A stretch of 64,000 bases of DNA from Gekko japonicus (Eukaryota): contig NW_015172563.1 of assembly GCF_001447785.1 (NCBI RefSeq), positions 862,150 through 926,149 of the forward strand, given 5' to 3'. The notes below the pieces were generated by a model, which saw only the letters and a list, made by a program, of their open reading frames with translations, was not told the origin of the DNA and did no database searches. Positions 12,764 to 24,224 of the stretch are shown here, one piece after another; position 1 is the first letter of the stretch; the number at the start of each line of letters is the position of its first letter. A program made the position numbers and the translations under genes.

Positions 12764-13034
12764 AGAAGAAGAGGAGATTGGATTTATACCCCGCCCTTCA
12801 CTTGGAGTCTCAGAGCGGCTTACAAACTCCTTTTCCTTCCCCTCCCCACAACAGACACCCTGTGAGTGGGTGAGGCTGAGAGAACTCTGACACAAACTGC
12901 TCTTTCAGGAACAGCTGTGCCAGAGCTTGTGACTGACCCAAGGTCACATCAGTAGGTGCAAGTGGAGGAGTGGGGAATCAAACCCGGTTCTCCCAGATTA
13001 GTCTGCACACTTAACCACTACACCAAAATGGCTC
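12764..13034 (-). mobile_element. tRNA-derived SINE (Squam3-like)
   Basis: A-box GGTGTAGTGG and B-box GGTTTGATTCC on the minus strand; (TTC)n tail; four near-identical copies in this window. Confidence 0.85.
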
Positions 13035-13392
13035 TGGGGCTGGAGGGGAGGGGATTTGAGGAAGAGGCTCCAAACTTGCGGGGTAGCTGCTGAATCCTCT
13101 CCCCAAGATACCCACCAAGATTCAAGAACATTGGACCAGGGGGTCCAATTCTACAGGCCCCCAAACAGGTTGCCCCCATCCCCTCCATTGTTCTCTATGG
13201 TGGGAACAAGAATTAGTTTTTTCCCACGGTACTGTTAGTGGCTCTGGGAAGGAGGGAGTTTGAGGGAGAGGATCCATATTTTCAGGGTAGCTTCGGGAGC
13301 CTCTCCCCACATAAACCCCCATGTCCCAAAGCAATTGGACCAGTGGGCCCAATTCTATGGGCACCCAAACAGGTAACCCCCATTATCTCCAT

Positions 13393-14061
13393 TGTCATGC
13401 CTGTCCCTGACCCAGCACCTGGGAGCCTGGAAAATGAGGACTCCGTACCTTTAACAACCTCTGAAGCCCAAGAGTCCTCATCAAACCTAAGTGCCAGGGA
13501 GGATGAACACCAAACTACAGGACAACTGGCACCTGAAGATGATCAGGCACTACCTGGCCCTAGCAACTCGCCACCCGACTTGCCACAACCTGTGGACCGG
13601 CTGAGAAACCAGAGACGCCGGAATCTGGCAATCAGGCGCAAGGAGGCACGCTTGTGTGGACAAGATCGTTAAGCCCTGATTACTGACAGAAGCAAGGACT
13701 TCACAAAGGAATGTTAACAAGATAACAAGCCAGCACACTATTTGAAGAGACCGTTGGCTGCAAGCAAACTGTGCTGGCAACCTCGTCCATGGACCAGATG
13801 CTTTGCACCTCTGGCTCTATGTTGACTCTTGACTGATCTCCAGGTTCCTGAAATCCGATCCATGTTTTGGTGATCCCTCTGGCTCCTGACCCCCGGCTAT
13901 GCTTCTTGACTATGATACTGGACTCTGACTATTGGTAACGTGTGATGATGGCTTGGATTTGTGTATTTGGAACTGTTTGCTTGGACTCTTGTTGCTCTCT
14001 CCGGCTGACTCTTGGACTTGCCTTTTGACTCTTTGCCCGGCCCCCTGGCTCTGTCGTGACA
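13393..14061 (+). mobile_element. Solo LTR (Gypsy-like), 669 bp
   Basis: TGTCA...TGACA termini; perfect 5-bp TSD TCCAT (13388-13392 / 14062-14066). Confidence 0.85.
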
Positions 14062-14291
14062 TCCATTGTTTCCAATGGGGAAACCCAGACAACAGCACTT
14101 AAGGCAGGCAAGCAGGCAGCACCCAGCAGTCAGACTCTCCCAGAGAAACTCAGGGAAAGTGAACTGTCTCGGGAGGTGCTTGTTTGCCATGAGAACAAGT
14201 GGCACACACCAGAACAAGTGGCACTGTGACAGTCCAAGCATGCCACAGTGCCACACAGAAACTCCAAATTTCTAGCAACAGAATCTGTGTT

Positions 14292-14440
14292 CTGGGACTG
14301 GAATGACAGGGCGTAGAGTGGAATGAGAGTCCCTGGGAGTAGCAGCCACGTTCTGGAAATGGAATTCTACTCTGGGAATGGAATTCTGCTACTCCCAGAG
14401 ACCCGTCATTCCACTCTGGGGGCTGTCATTCCAGTCCCAG
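14292..14440. repeat. Long imperfect palindrome
   Basis: CTGGGACTGGAATGACAG / CTGTCATTCCAGTCCCAG plus two further nested inverted blocks. Confidence 0.85.
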
Positions 14441-14707
14441 GATAGTCTAACTTGGCCCAGAGACCTTAATGGAAAACCCATTCTGCATTTTCTTTGCAAC
14501 TTCAATGTATTTCAATGGAGTGGAGCCATAGTTTCAGTTTCCAGTTTTTGTATGCTAGCTGAAGTTGGTGGTGTTCGAGTTGTCTCCTTGCACATAAATG
14601 GCTGATGCTTTGATCCAGCTTGTCTCTGCTGAGTGGACCTGAGAATGGGGGCCTGAGTGAGTACTCTAACCACAGCCAAAGGGGGACATTACACTGGGGA
14701 GGAGGGG

Positions 14708-14975
14708 GAGGAGAAGAGATTGGATATATACCCCGACCTTCACTCCCTGAAGGAGTCTCAGAGCAGCTTACAATCTCCTTCCCCTTCCCACAACAGACAC
14801 CCTGTGAGGTAGGTGGGGTTGAGAGAGCTCTTTCAAGAACTGTTCTTTCAAGAACAGCTCTGACAGAACTATGGCTTGCCCAAGGTCATCCAGCAGCTGC
14901 AAATGGAGTGGGGAATCAAACCCAGTTCTCCCAGATTAGAATCCACACACTTAACCACTACACCACACTAGCCAC
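14708..14975 (-). mobile_element. Squam3-like SINE
   Basis: Same family as 12764-13034. Confidence 0.85.
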
Positions 14976-16224
14976 TCTGAATAGACCTGGGGGGAGGGAG
15001 AAGCTTGCAATGTCCAGCCATTTCACGTTTTCCTAGGTTCAGAGCATTTTATATTTTTAGTTTTTATTCTTAGTTTCTGCTGTGATCCTTGTGCTTTTTC
15101 TTGATGTTTTATCTTAAATATTGCATTGCCAAATCCCAGTATTCCCCCACCTTTCCATTTTATGCAGGCATCTTTTAAGGCCGGGGTGGAAGGTTTGGGA
15201 GGTGTCAGTTATCAAAGATTCTTAAATAAATAAAATATCACAAGAGTGTTACTGTTTTAAGCATGTTTGTAGTTTAAATAAAAAAATTATATCTTTAATT
15301 GTGTTTGTCTGTATCCTTTATAAAGTTAATATCTCCACTACCTGGTGTTACATTTTATGAGACATGTGGCCTGGCCCAACAAAGTCACATTTATGTTAGA
15401 TCTGGCCCTCATAACAAATGAGTTCGACACCCCAGCTCTAACTGCTATTCTGCACTGGATTTCATAAGGTGACCGCTGTTGAACAGTAGCAAGCAGCCAG
15501 GCCTTGTTGACTTACACAAGATAAGTGATATCAAGTCACTCAAAGGTTGCTGCTTGGTGTTGCCAACCTCCAAGTGGGACCTGGAGACCCCCCAGATTTA
15601 CAGCTGAACTCCAGATAAGAGATATGGCCCTCTGGAGAAAATGGCTGCTTTGCAGGATGGACTCTATGGTGTTATATCTGGCTGAGGCCTCCCCTCTCCC
15701 CAACCCCTGCCCTCCTCAGACTCTAACACAATTTCCAGGAATTTCCCAAATCGGATCTGGCATCCCTAGTCAAGCTTGGCCCCAAGAAATCTTCCCTTAA
15801 AGGCCAAAACAGTCCTGGAAAGGGCCCTGTCCCCTCCCCCTGCCTTTTACTCACTGAAACCAAGCCTGGAATACTATACTTGCCTAGCAACAGCCAATGA
15901 GGGAATCTGATGCTTAAAGCCACAGGCATGCCTTTTATCATTTTCACATTTTTAAAACCCTCCATTTTTTTTTTTAGAGTTCACATTTTTCTGCAAACCT
16001 GGGCCCCTTTTCAGGTTTATAGAAAGATCTGTCTTGCCTGTTCACAGCTCCAGTCACCATATTTAAGTATCCATCGATTTCCCGACTTTGCTATTAATAT
16101 ATAGATTCTGAACATGCCCTCATCTGTGGATACTTAAATCTAGAGATTGGGGCCATGAACATACCAGACAGATTTGCAGAAATATCTGAAATCTAACAAA
16201 ATAGACTGGGAGGTTTCAAATGCT

Positions 16225-16615
16225 GCTGTTTCAGTGCCACAGGGCCTGTAAAACAGAGCTGTTCCACCAGGCCTTTGGTTGAGCTGGCAGACATTATATA
16301 ACATTGGCCTCCCCTTCTTTAAGTGCTCCATGGCATCATTTACATCATGGGTGCCAAGAGTGACCATCGGACTCAAATAGAGCGATCCTCCATTGCCCCC
16401 CCCCCCAGCGTGAACTCAGCATACAGTGGACTCAACTGAATCACTGAGCTGCCACTTGGTATTTAAACTGATATTCAATGTTATTTTCCATGAATTGATG
16501 TTTTAATTTTATCTGTACTGATGTTTAATGAGATGATTTTACTGATTTATGACGTAAGCCACCCTGAGCCCGCTTGCAGGGTAGGATAGGACAAAAATCT
16601 CAAAAATAAACAAAT
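16225..16615 (+). mobile_element. L2 3' fragment
   Basis: CACAGGGCCTGTAAAACAGAGCT shared with the L2 at ~38030; L2-type 3' end GTAAGCCACCCTGAGC. Confidence 0.7.
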
Positions 16616-16721
16616 ATATAAAATGACCCAAATAACAGAATCAGTGCCTGGAGCTTAAGAAAGAAATGCCCTCTAACTTCAGTGGCCCTTGCTAGGCAAC
16701 CACAACAATTTCACCCTTATT

Positions 16722-16925
16722 CAAGGTGGGCAGCTGTGTTGGTCTGAAGCAATAGAACAAAGTAAGAGTCCAATGGCACCTTTAAGACCAACAAAGTTTT
16801 ATTTTATTATTGATATGTAATTCCATTTCATCGTCTGACGAACTGTGCGTGCACACAAAAGCTCACACCTTGAATAAAACTTTGTTGGTCTTAAAGGTGC
16901 CACTGGACTCCAACTTTGTTCTACC
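16722..16925. mobile_element. Penelope-like element terminal inverted repeat with decayed hammerhead core
   Basis: Arms GAGTCCAATGGCACCTTTAAGACCAACAAAG / CTTTGTTGGTCTTAAAGGTGCCACTGGACTC; central CTGACGA...CACAAAAGCTC. Confidence 0.7.
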
Positions 16926-18892
16926 CCTATTCAAGTCTTTGTTTCTGTCAGGAAAAGGCAGGGGGGAGGGACAGGGTCCTTTTTAAGCCTTTGAGGGAGG
17001 ACTCATCAGGGCCAGGCTCCACAGCAATCACGAGGTAACATGCTACCATATGACGTACATGACTCACCCAGTCCCAGCCGCTTGCTACTGCTCAATGACA
17101 GCCCTCAAGACAGTGTGGTGTAGAGAGTTTCAGACTAGGATCTGGGAGACCCAGGTTCAAATCCCCTCTTTGCAATGAAAGCTCCCTGGGTGACCTGGAG
17201 CCAGTCATGCCTTCTCAACCTAACCTACCTTAGACAGTTGTATTGAACATGAAATGAAGGAGAATGATGTGAAATAAATATAGTTGAAGATAGGGAACCA
17301 AATAAAAAAGCAGGTTGTTCAGTGAGTGGGAAGAAGAGAGGGAAACAGTGAAAGGGAGAGCATATAAGAGCTTCCAAGAAAAAGGATAAAGGAAATGGTT
17401 CTTGGCCACTGTGTGACACAGAGTGTTGGACTGGATAGGCCACTGGTCTGATCCAACATGGCTTCCCTTATGTTCTTAAACAGTCTGGGGAGAAAGATAC
17501 AGGGAAAGGGAGGTGTCCCCCACAAGTTGTGGGTTTTCCACTGCAACTGGGCCTGGCCCACCAGCCAGCACTGCACAGAGTTTTCTCAAGGTTAGGCTGC
17601 TAGAGGGAGGAAAGGAGGGAAAGTTGAAGATGAGAAGGCAAATAAAGGTAGGCTGGCTGATGGGTAAGAAGGAAAGAAGAAGGAAGCAAGAAAAGGGGAG
17701 AGGCTTTGGAGCTGCAAGGGAAGGGTGTTGGGAGATCCAGATGTGATGTCCCTGTGCCTCACTGGTCTCCCTCTTGTGATGCCCTATTTCAAGATTGTCC
17801 ATATGGCAACAACCAGCTCACGGGCTGTCTCAGTGGTTGGTCAAGACCTCTGGAATGGCCTACGAGACTGGGTGGGGGCAGAAGACATCTTTGATTCCTG
17901 CATTTGGGGGGAAAGTTTATTACACAGGGCTTTTGGTGGAGGGTAAATAATGTTTTGCAGATTTGGTTACATTTTTTAATCTTTGTGCTGTTTTTACCTT
18001 GTTAATGGAATTACTGTATCTTGTGTCCTTGCAATTTATTATTGCATTGTTAGCTGCCTTGACTACAAGAAAAAAAGGTGGGATATATTTTTTTTAATTA
18101 AATAAATTGAACATAGGACTAAACAACCACCAGTTTACAAATGAAGACCTCATCTCCTCATTTCTGTTATTTTCAAAGCAGCTCCCAAACCTCTGGCCAC
18201 TGTATCCTTAGAGCCCATCATAACAACTGCACTATGCCTATAGTTGCCAGGTCCCCCCTTGATCATTGGCAGGGGACAGGGGGGTAAGCCTTGCCAGATC
18301 CAGTTTGGGAAACTTCTGGAGATTTGGGGATGGAGCCTGGGAAGGACAGAAACCTCAGTGGGGTACAATACCATGAAGTCCACCCTCCAAAGCACCATTT
18401 TCTCCAGGGGAACTAATCTCTGTAGTCTGTGGATGAGCTATAATTCTGGGTGATTCCCAGGGAATTCCCAGGTCCCACCTGGAGGCTGGCATCCCTAACT
18501 CTGCCTCAAAAATCTGAAAAGCACCACTGCTTCCAAAGCTAATCCATACCCCCCACACAGACAAAAAAGCCCCGCTTTAAACTAGTCTCAAATCTCCAAA
18601 TCAGATAATATAAGAGCCCTCTGACACCTTAAAAACAAAAACATGCATTATAGCACAAACGTTCGTTATCCAAACGCTTTAGAAGAAATTTATTCTGACA
18701 ATGGACCATAAAAAATCATGCCCTAATCAGACTGGTGGGATTTTGGCTCAGCTGTTCTCTCCGGAATCCCTACAACCAAAGGCATTATCACTCCAAGCAA
18801 AAGGCACAGCCCCTAATTCCAGCCAGAAAGCTCGTACCCCAGGCTGCTGGTTCATTCCCCCCCCCCCTTGAATGTACATCCTTAGCGTGAAC

Positions 18893-19321
18893 TAGGGTTG
18901 CCAGCAATGTTCCCTCTAAGCTGTGGAGTCTTGTGAGCAAAAATTCTACTTTGTGAGCTCCTGGCATTAAAGTTGTGAGCAAGTGATTTGGCTGCTGCAT
19001 AAATTAGTTTGCTCTGGAGCCATCCCTTCCTGAGCTGAGACAAAAATGTGAGAGCCGGAGGCTAAAAAACTGTGAGCTAGCTCACACTAACTCAGCTTAA
19101 AGGGAACACTGGTTGCCAGGTCCGGGTTGGAAAATACCTGGAGACTTTGGGGGTGGATTTGGGAGAGGGCGGGGTTTGGGGAGGGGCCTCAGCAGATCAC
19201 AATGCCATAGAGTCCACCCTTCAAAGCAGCCATTTTCTCCAGGGGAGCTGATCTCTGTCAGCTGGAGACCAGTTGTAAAAACGGGAGATCCCCAGGCCCC
19301 ACCTGGAGGCTGGCAACCCTA
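18893..19321. mobile_element. hAT (Blackjack-like TIR) MITE containing a nested hAT MITE
   Basis: TAGGGTTGCCAG...CTGGCAACCCTA; TSD GCGTGAAC/GTGTGAAC. Confidence 0.85.
18905..19111. mobile_element. Nested hAT MITE
   Basis: TIR CAATGTTCCCTCTAAGCTG / CAGCTTAAAGGGAACACTG; perfect 8-bp TSD GTTGCCAG. Confidence 0.88.
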
Positions 19322-19339
19322 GTGTGAACATTAACGAAT

Positions 19340-19950
19340 TAACTGCGGCCGGTACAGACCGCGCTGCACGCCCCCCCCCCTCCCCGAGCAGACCTCACGC
19401 GGCAGCCATCTCCTCCCTCAGGGTTGCTGGGACAGAAGGAAGGCGAGGGAAGCCTTACCACCACCTCCTCAAAGATGCTCTGCAGCTGGGTCTCCATCGG
19501 CACCATCGCGATCGCCGACCCCCTTCCTGCCCAGGAGCCGGAAGGAGGGAACGGCCACAGCGGAGCCCGCAGAGAGCGGCTCCCGGACGTGCTTCCTTTC
19601 ACATCCGGTTCTCTCACGCAAAGCCGAACGGAGCTTCTCTGGCCTCCAGAAGCTCCTGCAAGAAGGTCGCAAGGAGCTAAAGTTGGAGCGGTACAGGCAG
19701 CATCCCGGGCAGTGCCCAGTTTAGGTGCCCAAAGAAACGAAAAAATGCTGCGGTCTTGCTTGTGTTTACAAGGCGGTAAGCCTCATACAGCTCAGTGAGA
19801 TGGAAAAACAAATGTGGTTTCAGCCCGATCCCTTCGGACGGAGAGCCCGCGGAATTTGCAGCACAACGCTTACGCTATCCCAAACCACGATGGGTATTGG
19901 GGCGAAAGAGAAGCCGCAAGAACGGCCTTGCATGGTTCGACCGCCGGTCC
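19340..19950 (-). promoter_or_regulatory. MED23: MED23 CpG-island promoter / 5'UTR
   Basis: CpG-dense block around exon 1; ETS-type motifs on the minus strand (CCGGAT 19603-19608, AGGAAG 19592-19597); no TATA box seen. Confidence 0.75.
19459..19497 (-). CDS. MED23: MED23 coding exon 1 (METQLQSIFEEVV)
   Basis: Translation matches the vertebrate MED23 N-terminus; followed by a GTAAGG donor; lies in a CpG island. An in-frame ATG at 19506 would add MVP. Confidence 0.96.
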
Positions 19951-20105
19951 ATCTAATCCAGCATCCTGTTTAGTGCAGTGGCCAACCTGGAGGATCAACA
20001 AAAGCTTACCGTGCTGTTGCTTGGCGGCATTGCTATTCAGAGGTTTACATATGGATGTGGAAATTCCCCCTTAGCCACCATGACTAGTAGCCATGGATGG
20101 ACTTA

Positions 20106-20610
20106 GGGTGTGATCACACTGGTGGCTTGGTGCAATTTGGCGCCGCCTCTAATTGTGCCGGTTTAAAATGTTGTGGGGCATATCATCCAGACAGCACACC
20201 TTGCTGTGGGCTACCCTTGCAGCCACCCCCTGGCAAGCATCCACATTACTGCAGTGCCTCAGCCTCAGAGCATACTGCCGTTGTTTTTTAAAAATGCAAG
20301 TGTGCGCAAATGTGCTCATGCGCATATAAGCAAAAACTAAAAAAAGAAACCATCTCAGTGGCGGAAACATCTGCTGGTTCAGACCGGCAATCCGTTTTGC
20401 GTGCGCTGCCCCATGTTCAGACATCTGGCCATGTGCAATGAATGTGCAGGGAAGCAAAAACAACACTTGTGATGTGGTGCCTTTTTAACAGGCATGACGG
20501 GGTGAGTATGCCTTGGGAATGCCTGACCGATGTGGCTGTGTGACTGCGCTCATTTAATCTGGAGGGGAGGGATGGCTATGTTGGGTCAAACTGCTTGTGT
20601 GATCACACCC
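20106..20610. mobile_element. PIF/Harbinger-type MITE inserted in a CR1-like fragment
   Basis: 14-bp TIR GGGTGTGATCACAC / GTGTGATCACACCC; TTA TSD. Confidence 0.85.
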
Positions 20611-21204
20611 TTATTCTCCATAAATCTAATACCCCTTTAGAACCATCTATGCTGGTGGCCATCACTACGCCTACTAGTAATGAATTCCAGAATTTAATCT
20701 GTGAATAAAGTGTGTTTGTCTATCCTGAATCTGTTGCCCAACAGCTTCATTGGGTACCTCCCCCAGCAGTTCTAGTATTATGTACTACCTTTTATTAAGA
20801 ACAACCAAAACCGCAAAACATTGTGCTAGCTTTCAAGAACTTGTCATTAGGCTGGATGTTAAAAGGGGAAGGAAAGCTATGTAATATCTTTTATTAAGAT
20901 TGACCAGAGTAACAAACACATTGCACAGGATTCTGAATTATCCAGAACTCTGAATTATCCAGAACTCATTATCAAGCTGAATGTGAAAAACAGGAAGGGG
21001 TGGTGGTGAGTCATGCAGTACCCTTTATTAAAGCCAACTCAGAGCTGTTCATTTGGCTAGATGTATATAAAAAAATGGGGAGGGGAAGAGACAAGCTTTT
21101 GGTTTTACATTTTTCTGTGGACCAACCTGACTATGGTAACTCACAAGTACAGACTGCTGAATTCAACAGAGCTGGTTAATAAGTGTGTTTAGATTCACAA
21201 AATT

Positions 21205-21305
21205 GAGCAAACTCCGGAGGATGGTGGCAGACAGGAGGGCCTGGCATGATGTGGTACATGGGGTCACGAAGAGTCTGACTCAACTGTGCAACTGAACAAC
21301 ATCAA
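21205..21305 (+). mobile_element. RTE-BovB 3' fragment
   Basis: Matches the 3' end of the BovB copy at ~56820; ends CTGAACAAC. Confidence 0.75.
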
Positions 21306-21962
21306 GACACCCCCCCTCCCAGGTTTCTTTCAGTGAGTTTAAACTAGAGTAATTATGCAAAGGACAGTACTGTTAGTGGCAAAGAGCAGCGGTTTCTATT
21401 CTTACTGCATCCAGGATGAAACTTCATCTTGCCCATATTTTGAGAATGAGTCCAGGAGTAGGTTTTTAGTGGTACTATCTCTTGGACTGATTGATCAATG
21501 GAAAGCAATTATTGATTTGGTTACTACTGTTTTATTTGCAGATTCTATGGTGCCTTCCACACAGTACTTCATGGCATGTACAAAGTTCCTTGCTTCTGAA
21601 GAACAAGTGCAGTGTTTCAAATGTGTTACAGTCAAGTTGCCTATAAGCACAAACCCAAGTGCCCTTCCTTTGTAAAAAGAATGTTCTCTATATTTTGATG
21701 TGGGTGTCTCATTAAATCCTTTTCGTCAGCCATTTTTAATAGTTTTTAAAAAGGGAATTCACTAATGCTGAAACAGGAAGAAGCATAATTCTACAGAGTT
21801 AGTTATCACCTCTGTTTCTGTATTACGTTGTTGTTTTAGCTAATTAAGTTATACTTTTAACCCTTCTGTTAAAAATTGACTTGAACTTTAAAAGGAGGGT
21901 GCCCTGAGAGATTCCCACAATTATAGTTATCCCTGACCTACTGGAGTGCTGTCCAGTTTAAT

Positions 21963-22167
21963 GAAAACGGCTGTGGCTCAGTGGCAGAGTGACTGCTTGG
22001 CATATAGAAGGTCCCTTGTTCAATCCCTGGCATCTCCAGTTGAAAGGACCAGGCAGTAGGTGATGTGGAAGACCTTTGCCTGAGACCATGGGGAGCCACT
22101 GCCAGTCTAAGACAATACTGACTTTGATGGACCGATGGTCTGATTCAGTATAAGGCAGCTTCATGTG
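21963..22167 (+). mobile_element. tRNA-derived SINE with CR1-like tail (Squam2-like)
   Basis: A-box TGGCTCAGTGG, B-box GTTCAATCC, tail GATGGACCGATGGTCTGA. Confidence 0.7.
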
Positions 22168-22194
22168 CTGATTCCACAGAAAGCTTTAAAAATG

Positions 22195-22461
22195 TTTGTG
22201 AGGGTGGAAAATATTAGATAGATTCATGGAGGATAGGTCTTATCAGTGGCTACCAGCCATGGTGACTAAAGGGAACCTCCCATGTTCAGAGGCAGTAAAC
22301 CTCTGAATCCCTATACCAGGAGACAACATCAGGAGAAGGACTCCGCTTCTGTGCCCTGTTGTTGGTCCTCCAGATAAACTGGTTAGCCACCGTGTGAGAC
22401 AGGATCATGGACTAGATGGACCACTGGTCTGATCCTGCAGGGCTCTTCTTATGTTCTTATG
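22195..22461 (+). mobile_element. CR1-type LINE 3' end
   Basis: GGACTAGATGGACCACTGGTCTGATCC and (TTATGTTC)n tail. Confidence 0.7.
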
Positions 22462-23775
22462 ACACACTAGCCCAAATGCAGTACACCAGCCATGCGTTGT
22501 ACCCATCTGGTAATTCACTTGCATTTATAGTCCCAGAAAGGAGATTGCTATAACCTCAGGAGGACTGCTATATATTAACGATGGGTTCCATTTGGCTTGA
22601 TGAGTCACACTGGCCGCCTTGATTGGATGAGAGTTACCAAATTATTATGCATGGCTTAATTAGCCATTGTTATTACAGAGGCCAGTACTAAACATTGGGG
22701 TTCACACCTGGGAAAGTAAAGGTGTTGTTCACTTAATTGATGTTATATTGCTCATATAAGCAGACAACTCATGAACAGTTATTTGGGTAAATATGGTGAC
22801 ATAGGATATTTGAAATGGTTCTCACATCCACTGCTCAAGCATGCAAGTGCTTCACAGCGGTGTACCATACACAGAATATCACAAAATGTGGTTTCCCAAC
22901 AGTGCCACTGAAAGAAATATTTAGCAGCAGGGCTTCAGAAGAAGCAGAATTACACAACCCATTACTAGTTTCTAGCCTTATGCAGAGGTTACTTCTGGGT
23001 GCAGTGAATGTGTATCAGAAGAAGTGGAACCATACCTATTTGCCCTGTCAACATGCACACTTGCCATTAACATCTGCACTGAGCCTGCCTTTTGCAAGGT
23101 CTCTAGTTGTGCATTACTAACTTGTGGAACTTGCTGGCACAGGATGTAGTGATGACCACTAGCATAGATGGCTTAAAAGGGTTTGGACAAATTCATGGAA
23201 AAAGTTTCCTCAATGGTAGTTAAATGGAGCTTTCATGTTTAGAGGCATTATAGCTCTAAATGCCTGTGTGTGGGGGGGGGGCAGCAGAGGAAGACTTTTT
23301 CTTTGCTGTTCCTTGGGGCATCTGGTTGGCCACTGTGGAAAACAGGATGCTGAACTAGGTGATAATTGGTGTGTGGATAGAGTGTCTGTATGCGCAGTTA
23401 GTATTCATGCATGCTTTTTGCAGACATGCTAAATGTGGGGTGGGGCTGGTCAGGGGCGGTGGGCATTTGTTGGATAAAGCAAATAAATTGATCTCATTTA
23501 TGCCTGTTTATAATTATTCTTGAACATATAATGTTACGTGTTTCCATTCTGACCTTTAAAATCTTGGCTTGTACCTCTGTATTGTTCCTACTGTCTAAGC
23601 AAAAATAAATTTATTTTCTACTTGCAGTGCAGAAGTGGTTACTCAACTGGTTTTTCAACGTCATTGTTAATCCTTCTAATCCTTTTTTTCTGCCATTTAA
23701 ATCCTTCTAATCCTTTTTTCTACCATTTCAAAATGTTTTCAACTTTGCCCTTGACAAGGAAGTTATCAGAAGAAG

Positions 23776-23948
23776 GCATGGGATTGCCCAGGCAAGGCCA
23801 ATCTTGAAAGCTAAGCAGGGCCGACCCTGGCAAGTACTTGGAAGGGAGACCACCGAGGAATACCAGGTCTGGGACAAGGATGCAGGCAACCCCACTGGGG
23901 TTGCCAGAAGTCAACAATGACTTCCAGGAATACACACATACACACAAA
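23776..23948 (+). mobile_element. 5S rRNA-derived SINE
   Basis: GAAAGCTAAGCAGGGCCGACCCTGGCAAGTACTTGGAAGGGAGACCACCGAGGAATACC resembles 5S box A/IE/box C; unrelated body and (CA)n tail follow. Confidence 0.75.
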
Positions 23949-24224
23949 ATACATCACTAAAAACCATATCGGAACAAAACCCTCCCACTGCATAAAAGCA
24001 GTTTGTGCTGATTCATCTGGAGTGGTATGTTATTAGGTAATAATGTAGATGAATAAATACGGAAATGGCTGGTCACAGCACAGAAGACAGACTTCTACCT
24101 TTTATATAGTATAGACTGTGGCTGTACAGACATTTAGGAATACTTTCTTCAACTTCAGTTCTGTGAACTTTAATTATGTATTTGTATTATTTTAAATGTC
24201 TCCACTGTGTTTTATTACCTATAT

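Noticed and set aside
19324-19973. Overlapping plus-strand ORFs at the MED23 promoter
   Set aside because: Expected stop-codon scarcity in a GC-rich island; no homology recognised
23776-23870. Functional 5S rRNA gene (also 12460-12552)
   Set aside because: Diverged, with deletions and non-5S ends; SINE heads
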